Positions 33,996 through 45,900 of a DNA stretch of 64,000 nucleotides are shown here, piece after piece. The position numbers were made by a program, and so were the translations under genes. The notes beneath the pieces are model-generated. The model saw only the letters and a list, made by a program, of their open reading frames with translations, searched no databases and had not been told where the DNA came from. The stretch is from Phyllobates terribilis (Eukaryota): positions 1,145,512,001-1,145,576,000 of the forward strand of contig NW_027362761.1 of the NCBI RefSeq assembly GCF_046119375.1, in the 5' to 3' direction. How positions within the stretch are numbered: position 1 is the stretch's first letter; each line of letters opens with the position of its first letter.

Positions 33996-35885
33996 ATGGA
34001 AGACGTGAGCGGCGGTGACAGACCACCTGCTGGTATTCGTCAGCCTATTATACAGCCGGGCACTGGTCAAGGGGCTGCCAGAGAGCAAGGTACCAGCCAG
34101 GCGGGGGAGAGAGAGCCGGGACCTGGTCAGGAGGGTGCCAAAGAGCCGGGCACTGGTAAAGATGGTGCCAGGGATCCGAAAACCAACCATGAGGGCACCA
34201 CAGAGACAAGTACTACTGAAGAAGGCACCAAAAAGCCAAACACCAGCCTAGAGGGTACCAGAGAGCCGAATACCAGCCTGGAGGGTACCAGAGAGCCGAA
34301 TACCAGCCCGGAGGGTGCCAATAAATCAAACAGCGGACTGGAGGGCCCCAGAGAGCCAAATACAAGCCGGGAGGGTCCCAACGAGTCAAGCAACAGACCA
34401 GAGAGCTCCATATATTCAAGTACCAGCCAAGACGGCACCAGAGACCCGAGTACCAGCCAAGAGGGCCCCAGAGACCCAAGTACCAGCCAAGAGGGCACTA
34501 GAGACCCAAGTACCAGCCAAGAGGGCACTAGAGACCCAAGTACCAGCCAAGAGGGCACTAGAGACCCAAGTACCAGCCAAGAGGTCACCAGAGACCCTGA
34601 AGCTTCTGTCGAGTCAGAGAGTGTCAGAGATCCTAGCACTGGGCACATAACGAGCTATGAGGCAATGGAAGAAGATGGCGAGATTGGCTCATCACAGCAG
34701 CAAGGTGAAGACCCGGAGGGCACCAATGATGACCCGTCACAATTCTGCAACCTAAGTGAAGAGTATGCCTCTGAGATGGATCAGGAACCCAAGGAAGACA
34801 CTCATCCTCATCTAGAAGAACACAAAGAAGATCAGGAGAATGTAGAGCAGAACCAGGACCACGAGCTGCTGGAGATGGTCCATGAGAAGCAAATTGAAGA
34901 AGAACTGATCCAGCAGTACCACGCTATGGTCCAGGAACGTGAAAAGATCCTACAGCACAATGCTCAGCTCCAGCACAAGCTCTACGAGTATTTCCGCAAG
35001 AAGAAAGGAGAAGAGACCCGTCCTGAGACTACATCAAAACGCGCAAGTGATCAGGAGCAACGCTACCTGAAGTATCTGACCAGCCTGGAGGAGATGAGGA
35101 GGAGGCACAAAGAAGAAGCCTCTTTGCATCAGGAGCAGATGGAGGAGCTGAGGGCTCAGTGCCAGGACATTGTGAGCAAGGTGGACAAGGAATGGGCGGC
35201 TTTCCAAGAACAGAAGAAGAAGATTTCCCTGTGTAGCCTGAGTAAGCAAGGAGCTGGTAAGCACGCCGCCTCCTCCCTCATCCAAGAAGTCGACTTATTA
35301 CAGTCCAGGGAAGAACGCAAGGAGAAGGAAGTCATCCAAGTCCGCCTAGAGAACATCAAGCTGAAAAATCACATCAACCGCTACGAATCCACTCTCCGCT
35401 CCAAGGAGGAGTTGGCCGAAAGTCTGCACCTTATTGATTTTGAGCAACTGAAAATAGAAAACCAAACATACAACGAGAAGATCGAGGAAAGGAACGAGGA
35501 GCTGCTGAAACTCAGGAAGAAAATTACCAACACAGTGCAAGTGCTCACTCACGTCAAGGAGAAGCTCCAGTTTGTCCAAGCGGAGAATCAAGAGCAAAAA
35601 GAGAAACTCATGGAGGTGGAGGCTCTAGTGGGCAACAAACGAGACATTTTGACAAAGACTAAACAGGCCAGAGATAGCTTGAGGATGGATAACTTGAAAC
35701 TGAAGGAAAAGTGTGGCCTTCTGGGTAACAAGGTTCTTCTCAGAGACTTTGAGGATAAGGTGGACGCCGCTGAAGAACTCAGACAGACCCTGGAGAATCT
35801 GAAGCGCCGGCATGCAGAGCTAACGCTGTCCAGTAAGGGGTTAGAGAAGAAAATCAATGAGGTCAAACTTGTGATGGACGATTGA
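33996..35885 (+). CDS. CCDC96: Coiled-coil domain-containing 96 / CFAP184, intronless, 629 aa
   Basis: C-terminal DUF4201-type coiled coil (LHLIDFEQLKIENQTYNEKIEERNEELLKLR...THVKEKL); syntenic position head-to-head with TADA2B; AATAAA at 35915-35920. Confidence 0.93.
   Translation: MEDVSGGDRPPAGIRQPIIQPGTGQGAAREQGTSQAGEREPGPGQEGAKEPGTGKDGARDPKTNHEGTTETSTTEEGTKKPNTSLEGTREPNTSLEGTREPNTSPEGANKSNSGLEGPREPNTSREGPNESSNRPESSIYSSTSQDGTRDPSTSQEGPRDPSTSQEGTRDPSTSQEGTRDPSTSQEGTRDPSTSQEVTRDPEASVESESVRDPSTGHITSYEAMEEDGEIGSSQQQGEDPEGTNDDPSQFCNLSEEYASEMDQEPKEDTHPHLEEHKEDQENVEQNQDHELLEMVHEKQIEEELIQQYHAMVQEREKILQHNAQLQHKLYEYFRKKKGEETRPETTSKRASDQEQRYLKYLTSLEEMRRRHKEEASLHQEQMEELRAQCQDIVSKVDKEWAAFQEQKKKISLCSLSKQGAGKHAASSLIQEVDLLQSREERKEKEVIQVRLENIKLKNHINRYESTLRSKEELAESLHLIDFEQLKIENQTYNEKIEERNEELLKLRKKITNTVQVLTHVKEKLQFVQAENQEQKEKLMEVEALVGNKRDILTKTKQARDSLRMDNLKLKEKCGLLGNKVLLRDFEDKVDAAEELRQTLENLKRRHAELTLSSKGLEKKINEVKLVMDD
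34052..34600 (+). repeat. 30-bp coding tandem repeat (10-aa unit, EGTRDPSTSQ-like) in CCDC96
   Basis: About 18 units, diverged at the 5' end and nearly identical at about 34420-34590. Confidence 0.9.
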
Positions 35886-35982
35886 CCTGTCCTGATTGTG
35901 TGAGCCAGAAGACTAATAAAAATAATTATAATGGAAATCTCGTGGTCACATGGTTGTGTAATGTTATACATTTTCTGGCTAC

Positions 35983-36510
35983 TAGATTTGCGGAGATGGG
36001 TCGTTAATGGGGTTGCCTGCTTATAGATTGAAGGAGAGGGGTCGTTAACGGGGTTGTCTGCTTATAGATTGGCGGAGATGGGTCCTTAATCGGGTAGGCT
36101 TCTTATAGATTGGCGGAGATGGGTCGTTAATGGGGTTGGCTGCTTATAGATTGGTGGAGATGGGTAGTTAATGGGGTTAGCTGCTTATAGATTGGCTGAG
36201 ATGGGTCGTTAATGGGGTTGGCTGTTTATAGATTGGCGGAGATGGGTCGTTAATGGGGTTGGCTGCTTATAGATTGACGGAGAGTGGTCGTTAATGCGGT
36301 TGGATGCTTATAGATTGATGGAGAGAGGGGTCGTTAATGCGGTTGGATGCTTATAGATTGATGGAGAGGGGTCGTTAATGGGGTTGGCTGCTTATAGATT
36401 GGCTGGGATGGGTCGTTAATGTAATTGGCTGCTTATTTTTGGAGAAGGGTCGTTAATGGGGTTGGCTGCTTAGAGATAAGTGGAGAAGGGTCGTTAATGG
36501 GGTTGGTTTC
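35983..36510. repeat. 41-bp minisatellite, about 13 copies
   Basis: Unit GCTGCTTATAGATTGGCGGAGATGGGTCGTTAATGGGGTTG; period checked at 36121, 36162 and 36203. Confidence 0.92.
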
Positions 36511-37114
36511 TTACAGGCTAATTTCTTACAATGCTCTATTGTTGTGACAGATCTATACAGCCATAAATACGCCCATTTCTTACCCTGAAGGCCCCCTGCA
36601 GCCTACAGATCAGAGGTGTACAAACTGGATGATGAAGCCGTGTCAATAGCAATCAAGATGGCAGTGGTCATGTGCATAATCGAATATCCCAAAAGAAGAA
36701 CTGGTTAGACATTTCCAATATACTTTCGATGAAAAGATTTCAGGATCTCTGCTTGCTGTCTTGAGATAGGAACCTTTATTGTTTACTTGTCAGGTGATGG
36801 ATGTACAAGTGGTTGGCTCTCATCTTGAGGAGGACATCTCTTCTCTGCCTGCTGCTCTCATAAGAGAGGTGCGTGATGATTGATAGTCTGTGCCGGTGGC
36901 GTGGTTGAGTCACTGGCCCAAACTGCGCACTCTGAAATGTTGCTCTCTGACTCTTCAGCATCGGAGGAACTCGGGAGCATCAAAGCTCGCTGAATTCAGC
37001 TTCAGAGCAGCGCTTGCAAGCATGCACTTCTTGCGTAGGAAACTGGCCACCTCTGATAGACTGCAGAGATGGCCGGTTACCTTACCAACAAGAGGACTGG
37101 AAAATGGAGAGGAA

Positions 37115-39108
37115 CCCTTTCATGATTTTGCATTTTAGTTTTTTGCTCCCCTTCTTCCCAGAGCCATAACTTTTTTATTTTTCCGTCAATATGGCCTTGT
37201 GAGAGCTAGTTTTTTTTGCAAGACGAGTTGTACTTTTGAATTTCACCATTGATTTTGCCATATAATGTACTGGAAAACAGGAAAAAAATTCCAAGTGCGG
37301 TGAAATTGCAAAAAAAGTGCAATTCCACAATTTTTTTTTTTACTATGTTCACTAAGGCTGCGTGCCCACTATGCATTTTTCAAGCGTTTTTGCCACGGAA
37401 TTTCTGCAGCGAAAACGCTTAAAAAACGCTTGGTAATACGCGCCCCATGGTCCCCAATGATAATCCGCAGGTGCTGTGCACATGCTGCGGAAATTTCTGC
37501 TGCGGATTATCATTGCAGAAAAATACGCAGCAATGTCCATTAATTTTGCGGACACGCAGCGTAATCGCCGCCATTGACTTGCATTGGAGCGCGTGACATC
37601 CGCATCACTGCATCTACACATGCGGATATCACACGGTTCAATGTGCGGATGGTACCCGGGTCTGGAGGAGAGGAGACTCTCATCCGGACCCGGGTACCAT
37701 AGAAACTGTAAAAAAAATAATTTAATATAAAAAATAAAGATTATACTCACCTTCCGATGTCCTCCCGGTGTTTTCTCCCCTCCGTCTGGTCTGCGGTATG
37801 GGTCGCGGTGTTACCACCGCGAGCCACCCAAGACACTGGACGCAGCAGAGAAGACATCGGAAGGTGAGTATAATCTTTATTTTTTACCATTCTTATTCTT
37901 TTTTTTTTAACTAACTTGGTCACAATACTATAAATCCATGCCGGTTGCATGGATTTATATAGTGTGAACAAGTTGTCAAGCACTTTCCAAGTGATGCTAA
38001 AATGGCTTGGAAAAGCGCTTGATAACCCGCATGCGGAAATGCATGTGAAGAACGCTTGACAAATTCTTCTACCTGGCGGGAAAGACGCATGTAAAATCCG
38101 CATGTACAATCCCCATGTAAAATCCGCATGTAAAATCCGCATGTACAACTTTGCATGTACAATCCGCATGTACCATCCGCATGTACCATCCGCATGCGTT
38201 TTTCCTGCCAGGGAGAAGCGGAAAAAATATGCAGCATTTCTGCATCGTGGGCACATAGCGTTAATGTTAAAACGGACCTGCCATTATGATTCTCCAGGTT
38301 ATTACAAGTTCACCGATACCAAACATGTATAGGTTCTTTTTTAAGTGGTGAAAAAAAATCCAAAAGTTTGTAAAAACAAAACCTGCCATTTTCCGAGTCC
38401 CTTCGCGTCTCCATTTTTCGGGATCTGGAGCTGGGTGAGGGCTTATTTTTTGCTCGCAGAGCTGACGTTTTTATTGATACCATTTTGGGGTAGATACGAT
38501 GTTTTGATTGTCCGTTATTGCATTTTATTCCAATGTTGCGGTAGCCAAAAAAATGTAATTATACGTTTTGATTTTTTTTCTCGTTACACCGTTTGCCGAT
38601 TGGATTAATTCTTTTGATATTTTGATCTGGCATTTCTGAACGCGGCGATACCAAATATGTGCATTTTTAATTGTTTTATTTTGAATGTGGCAAAAGGGGG
38701 GTGATTAGAACTTATATTTTTTTAAAACATTTTTTTTTACTTGCTTCAATAGTCTCCTTAGGAGACTTGTAGCTGCGATTGTCTGATCGCATGTGCTAAA
38801 CATATGTGTAGCAGAAATAATCATCTGCTATGAACACATGCCACGGGGCGGCGCTCATAGCAGATCTGCAGTGACAACCACAAGGGTCTTCTACAGACTC
38901 CCGGTTGTCATGCCAACCCATCGGCGCCCCCCGGTCATGTGACGGGCACGATGGATGGAGTTTGTGACGCGCTTTCGGCTCCATCGTATTAAAAGCCGCT
39001 GTCAAGAGATTGACAGCGGCATTTAACATGTTAACAGTTGCGGGTGGATCGCATCAGAGGGAGATACACAATCTATGATGTACCTATACGTCATAGGTCG
39101 TGAAGGGG
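37115..39108. mobile_element. piggyBac-type non-autonomous element hosting a MITE A copy
   Basis: CCCTTTCATGA left end and GTCGTGAAGGGG-TTAA right end; homologous to 4385-6881. Confidence 0.7.
37356..38260. mobile_element. MITE family A copy (nested)
   Basis: GGCTGCGTGCCCAC ... GTGGGCACATAGCG-TTAA. Confidence 0.85.
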
Positions 39109-39430
39109 TTAATAAGATGTAATTTGCAAAGTTGCTGTCTTTTACAAGTACATTACAATTTTACCCACTATAGAGGGTGAGACGGCTGCTATAAGAATTA
39201 AAATTGGTCAAAACTGCTGATATTGGTCTGATGATTTGAAGAGTAAGGCCACGGCCCCACTATCTGTATTTGGTCAGTATTCGGTCAGTATTTTTTATCA
39301 GGAGTGGGAGCCAAAACCAGGTGAGGAACAATCAGAGAAAAGGTATAATAGAAACAAGTCACCAATTCTGCATTTATCACCCACTCTCCATTAACAGGTG
39401 ATGTTGATGATCACTTTGTTCTTCCCATGG

Positions 39431-39855
39431 GGTCAAGTTTCTCCATGGGGAGAGTGACAGCCAGGCCTGACATGTCATAGTAAGGAGACTTATAAGCCAT
39501 GCATGCTTCTCTGGGAAATTAAATATGCAAATTGCCTCTTCAGACAGGAAGAGGACTAGAACTCTAGCGCCACCTATTGGAAGCTGTGATCCTAAAAGTC
39601 AATATCGACCCTTTAACGAGCCTTGCAATATGACTTTTGATAAAAGCCAAACCAGAATCTCAATTTGCAGACACGGCGTTTCTGGTTGTTGCCCCTCATC
39701 AGTGCAAAGTATGAGATCTGATTTGGTTAGGTGAGAGGCTTAAGACTGGGATTTAAGAGGTAAGGTTTCTTGTGGAGAGTGACATGCCAGGCCTGGAATG
39801 TAGAGTGAGGAGACTTATAAGCTATGCATACTCCTCTTGGAAATTAAATATTTTC
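39431..39855 (-). mobile_element. Hammerhead-containing terminally redundant element, copy 2 (circularly permuted)
   Basis: 325-bp period (39450 repeated at 39775); flanking cccatgg duplication (39424-30 / 39856-62); hammerhead at 39664-39708 with intact core but disrupted stem II. Confidence 0.7.
39664..39708 (-). ncRNA. Degenerate type I hammerhead ribozyme
   Basis: UUUGCA-CUGAUGA-GGGGCAACAACCA-GAA-ACGCCGUGU-C-UGCAAA; the stem II closing G-C pair is lost. Confidence 0.65.
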
Positions 39856-41122
39856 CCCATGGACACATGCACACTCGGCCGAGCCAAATTTTCACGTGTA
39901 TGGGGGAATCGGAAGGAAGAGTCGTCTGACTGTGCGCCTTCGTGTCCACCACATGACCCGGACTGATTTTTAGTCCTGAGGAGCAAACAAAGGATTCTAC
40001 AGAACGACAGCGAGCAGAACTCTTAAAAATAGTAAGGAAGTGAATATTGGAAAACTGAAACTTTACATTATACAAACTGTAATATGGGGAAAATATTTAA
40101 TGGGGATTTATCAGTAAATTCAATTCTCACCTGTGCGCAAGATAAAAGATGTATAATCGAAGGGGTCCGACTGCGGGGGGGTCCGCACAGATCACGTCAA
40201 TTCTGTCAATCATACAGAAAATGGAGTGGTGGTCATGATTGCACCTCACAGCTCCATTCACAGAGGAATCAGGGACCCCCCTGCTCTCGTGATAATTGGG
40301 GGTCTTAGTGGTCGGCCCTCCAGCAATCATACACTTATCACCTCTTATTCTGTGATCAGTTTATTCTCGGAAACAAATAAATTGAGAACCAGGTGTTACC
40401 ATTCCCCTTGTAAATGGGGTAAATCCCTACTCATTGACTAAGCAGTACTCTTCATGTACGGTCGTCAATTCATTCAGGAATAACATACGATTTAATGTGA
40501 AGTTATTGATTAACATGATTTTCTTTTTTATTTAGAAGTGGGGGAGGAAGCAAAGTGGCCATATTTTGTCAAAACTACACCCCCCTCAACAAGTATTGTG
40601 GCTATGTGCCACTCTGAGGGGCCATGGTGTTTGATGACCCCCCACAAGCAGAGTACATTTATACAGGTCGCTGCCAATAATTTATAGTTTTATAAATTCA
40701 TGCGTACAATACATACCTCAGCTGCTACAGAACCTCACTACAAAGAACAGGGCAGATTCCAGTCTACTGTTGATTTATATGACACTTTCTCATCCTTTTC
40801 AACAAGTAGAAGCATAGACCGTGTGTTATGATGTTTTGCAGCAGCTGGGGTTCATGCTGTATGATTTACTGACTGCTGTACACAGTCAGAGGAGACCGCC
40901 GCTCCATTCATCCCCTATGGAGCTGCAGAATGGAATGACAGTCCGGCATCAGACCTGCCAATCCATCCTTCCATTGCCGATTAGAGCAAGTCCCAGCAGT
41001 CGGATCTGCAAGTTATCACCTATCCTTTAAAAAGGACTCGTTACCAGTGCAAAAGTGGCCAGTGTTTGCCCTTATTTTATTCCTGCTGACTGTTCGGTTG
41101 TGTGTATTGTAATATATATATA

Positions 41123-42995
41123 CACTGCTCAAAAAAAATAAAGGGAACACTTAAACAACACAATGTAACTCCAAGTCAATAACACTTCTGTGAAATCTAC
41201 CTGTCCAGTTACGAAGCAACACTGATTGTGAATCCATTTCTCCTGCTGTTGTGCAAATGGAACAGACAACTGGTAGAAATGATTAGCAAGATACCCCCTA
41301 TAAAGGAGCGGTTCTGCAGGTGGTGACCACAGACCATTTCTCTGTTCTCATCCTTTTTGGCTGTTGTTTTGGTCCCTTTTCATTTTGCCTTTGCTCTCAC
41401 CCCTAGAGGTACAGTAGCATGAGGCGGTGTCTACAGTACAACCCACAGAAGTTGCTCAGGTAGTGCAGTTCATCCCGGATGGCACATCAGTGCGAGCTGT
41501 GGCAAGAAGGGTAGCTGTGTCTGTCAGCATATTGTCCAGAGCATGGAGCAGATACCAGGAGATGTGGAGGGAGCCATAGGAGGGGAACAACCCAGCAGCA
41601 GGACCGCTACCTCCGCCTTTGTGAATGGAGCAACAGGAGGAGCACTGCCAGAGCCCTGCAAAATGACCTCCAGCAGGCCACAAATGTGCATGTGTCTGCA
41701 CAAATGGTTAGAAACCGACTCCATGAGGGTGGTATGAGGGCCTGACGTCCACAGATGGGGGTTGTGCTCACAGCCCAACACCGTGCAGGACGCTTGGCAT
41801 TTGCCACAGAACACCAGGATTGGCAAAGTCACCACTGGCGCCCTGTGCTCTTCACAGATGAAAGCAGGTTCACACTGAGCACATGTGACAGACGTGATAG
41901 AGTCTGGACACGCCGTGGAGAGCGATCTGCTGCCTGCAACATCCTTCAGCATGACCGGTTTGGCAGTGGGTCAGTAATGGTGTGGGGTGGCATTTCTTTG
42001 GAGGGCCGCACAGCCCTCCATGTGCTCGCCAGAGGTAGCCTGACTGCCATTAGGTACCGAGATGAGATCCTCAGACCCCTTGTGAGACCATATGCTGGTG
42101 CGGTTGGCCCTGGGTTCCTCCTAATGCAGGACAATGCCAGACCTCATGTGGCTGGAGTGTGTCAGCAGTTCCTGCAAGATGAAGGCATTGAAGCTATGGA
42201 CTGGCCCGCCCGTTCCCCAGACATGAATCCGATTGAGCACATCTGGGACATCATGTCTCGCTCCATCCACCAACGTCACGTTGCACCACAGACTGTCCAG
42301 GAGTTGGCGGATGCTTTAGTTCAGGTCTGGGAGGAGATCCCACAGGAGACCATCTGCAACCTCATCAGGAGCATGGCCAGGCGTTGTAGGGAGGTCATAC
42401 AGGCATGTGGAGGCCACTCACAATACTGAGCCTCATTTTGACTTGTTTTAAGGTCATTAAAAGTGTTGAACGAGTATGTTCTGTCCGCGTATGCTCGGGC
42501 CGAGCTCCGAGTATTTATAGCTGCTCGGTGATATGGTTGAATCGCTCCCGTGTGCATGATTTGCAACTGTTTGGCAGCTTTATTACATGTGAGGAATGTG
42601 TAAGAAATAGACATTCCTCACATGTAATAAAACTGTCAAACAGTCGCAAATCATGCACACGGGAGCGATTCACGCATATCACTGAGCAGCTATAAATACT
42701 CGGAGCTCGGCCTGAGCATACTCGGCGAAAGGGTTAACAGAACATACTCTCTCAACACTAGTCATTACATCAAAGTTGGATCAGCCTGTAGTGTGTTTTT
42801 CCACTTTAATTTTGGGGGTGACTCCAAATCCAGGCCTCCATTGGTTAATAAATTTTATTTCCATTGATTATTTTTGTGTGATTTTGTTGTCAGCGCATTC
42901 AACTTTGTACAGAACAAAGTATTCAATGAGAATATTTCATTCATTCAGATCTAGGATGTGTTATTTGAGTGTTCCCTTTATTTTTTTGAGCAGTG
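41123..42995 (+). mobile_element. Tc1 DD34E transposon, full length but defective
   Basis: TA duplication; TIR CACTGCTCAAAAAAAATAAAGGGAACAC; N-terminus (ATG about 41419) frameshifted; catalytic region 41755-42429 open (TDESRF, QDNARPH-34-E). Confidence 0.9.
42461..42760. mobile_element. hAT-type palindromic MITE nested in the Tc1
   Basis: (T/A)AGTGTTGA...TCAACACTA termini; 8-bp duplication GTCATTAA / GTCATTAC. Confidence 0.8.
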
Positions 42996-45900
42996 TATAT
43001 AATTTTATTCATTTTTTTTAAATTCTAATTCTCCATACAGATCCACAGACACGGGCCTTTTTATTTAGTATGTTCATTATGCTCATTTCTGTGGTCTTTG
43101 TAAGAGGGTATTGCTCACCGGGTAATTCTACAAAGCAGCCTAAAGATTTATCCACAGATGATCCTGAGAGCCACGAAACCTCGGTAAATACCATAAAAAA
43201 TAGCATATTGGTGCACTGAAGAAAAAAAAAAAAAAAGGTCCATATCTCTGAAACCATATGGCAAATAAGAAAAAATAAAAAAAAATAGAAGACTCAGGGG
43301 CGGCAGGAGTAAAAGAAGATTTAGGCAATGTTCACATGTTCACACATTATGTTGTTTTTTTTTTTTGTTCAGGATTTTGTGCCTTGCATGTTTTTTTTGC
43401 AAAATAGAGCATGTCACTTTTTGCATGGTGGTGAAAAAACGCTTAGTGTGAACATAGCCATCAGGTTTTGCTGCGTTTTTGGTGAAAATAAGCAAGTACA
43501 ACAGTATGTGAAACTCCCTTATTTTTGTGATTTTACCATCTTGTCTTGGTCACCTGAGATGCCAGTTTGTATTAGGACAGTGTAATTAAATTAGTGAGGT
43601 GTACAATCTAAACATTGGCTGAGCTAGGTGTGAAATCGAACAATGCCTGTGCAACTCAATGGCAGACCATAGTGTGAATGTAAATAGTGTCATACAGACT
43701 CGATGCACTGCCAGTGTCTTAGGTAAACTATTCCTGAACAATTCACCTCCCTCCACTGTTGCATTTGAAATTCTGGTTAATATGGTTTCACATATGTCTT
43801 GCATTGGTGACCTGTGTTCATGCTTCTGTGGTGGAAGGAAAGCTGAACTTTGGCTATGTTCACACATCATGTTTTTTTTTTTTTTTTTGTGTATCTTGTG
43901 CCTAAACCAGAAGGAGATTTTTATTTTTCACTGAACTTTATGTACATGCACAACTGAGACAAAAAGACTTAAGAAAAACGCTGAAAAAATGCACACAAAA
44001 AATAAGCAAGAAACAGCAACAAAAATCCTCAACAACCTCCTGGCAAGAGATCAGGTTTTGCTGCAGAGAATGAACACTGAAAAATGTGTGAACATAGCCT
44101 TAAAGAACGACTTTGACCTAGCGACAGGTTCTCTTTAAAAGGCACGCACCTCCTAATAATTTGGTGGATTTTACCCCAGCATGAAATATCCCAATACTAA
44201 ATGTAGATAGTTGGGGATCCAACAACTGGGAATCCCGGGATTGGGTCTCCGAAATTCCCTGTCGGATTAGAGCAGTGGCCATCGGCTTTTTTTTTCCAGA
44301 AGTCCTGTAGACGCTGAATTGAGCGGTGGTACAGGAGTGGTCAAAGCGCTGGTTCATCTGGATAATTAAAGGGACTGTCCGCAAATAATGACTGTTCAAA
44401 CCAAAAACACAGGTGCTTCATGGCGGGGTTAAACATTTCAATACACCTTACCACCTGATTGTTTTCCTTCCATCTCCACCTTAATGAAGCCAGATCTGTA
44501 AAAGATAAGAGGGGGGGGGTGCAGATAGAGGGAAAATAAGCAGGTGGGAAGGTGTATGTGAATGACTGGCCCCGCCATGAAGCACCGAGGCCTTGTCAGC
44601 ACTAAATGACTGTTCAAAGCCAGTCTTTTTAAGAGCCCTGTTTTTGGAATTTGTGAAAATAACCATTGAAAGCCACCGACTGTCAAGTAGGCCAAAGTCT
44701 TATCTCTGGGAGAACAATGCGATTGGCAGCCCTAAATCTAACATGTCCAATCAACATTTCTCCTGACCATCAGTCAGCCGTCAAACATCTGCATTGCATC
44801 TGCCGTCAAACATTTGTCTAATGCGTATAGGGGACTTAAAGGGGTTTTCCCATGAACAAAGTATATTTTAATCAATAGTTCTTGGAATAATAATAATTTC
44901 CACAATTGGATGTGTTTAAATAAAATGTTCCTGTGCCGAGATAATCTTATAAATGTGCCCCTGCTGTGTACTGTGTAATGGCTGTGTCTGACCGTGCAGG
45001 AACATGGTCTGATCATACCACATCTCCTGGGCAGGGGAGGAAGCAAAAGAGTCTACAGACAGGACAGCCGAGGATCACAGAGTATTCTTGTGAGATAAAC
45101 CATTTCTCTGCCTGTTTTTCAACAATGTTTTACTTTAAAGTCACAGAACTGCAGACCGTCTGAATGTCTTATTTCCACAGGGAATGGAAGTAAAGAAGTT
45201 AAAACACAAAACCGGGTTGATTTTACATTAATTTATTTAATAAAATCCATATTTACACTTCAAAAAGTACAATTGTTTTATTACACCAGAGTCCCCGGAT
45301 CAGGCAATTCTACACAGCAATCTGTACATTTTACACACACAGGACTCGCATTGGTTTTTCACTTTCATATAACTACGGAGGAAAAGGATGGCTTTTTATT
45401 TATTTTTTTAATTTGCCTTGTTTCCTGTATCAAATATTTCAATTCCAGAAATGTGGTTCAGTCTAGTCGGTTCAATCATCATATAACTTTATATAAAATT
45501 TCTAAACACTGTTTTGATGTATAATCTCAATGAATGTGAAAGGTTGCATGTGTAAGCATTCTACTGAAAAGGACATGAGGGCGGAGCATTGTGAGGACCA
45601 CCCTCAGCTCTTTTCAGCCACTCAGAAAGTAGAAATCGCCCCAGTCAGTGCTGATTGGCTGACAGCAGCTGACTGACAGGTCGGTCCTCATGTCCTTTTC
45701 AGTTTGATGCAGCCATCTAATGAAAGTGACTTTTAGGATCATTTGCTTGTCCAACCCAAAATTCTGAATAGTATTTCTATAGTTCTTCTTTGGATTAAGA
45801 TTCACCCAAGCAGGGCTAACGTGCAGGTGCACTCGTTTAAGTTGGTTGTCCTCTTTCCATTTACCAACTTTATAAAAAAGTTTAAGGGATATTCCCATCT

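Noticed and set aside
34127-34650. Overlapping and antisense ORFs over the CCDC96 N-terminus
   Set aside because: By-products of the 30-bp repeat, whose period keeps several frames open.
20877-36510. Tandem arrays (17, 30 and 41 bp) as CRISPR-like structures
   Set aside because: The units are contiguous with no unique spacers, and the context is eukaryotic.
36776-37138. Short ORFs downstream of CCDC96
   Set aside because: No similarity I can recognise and no exon structure.
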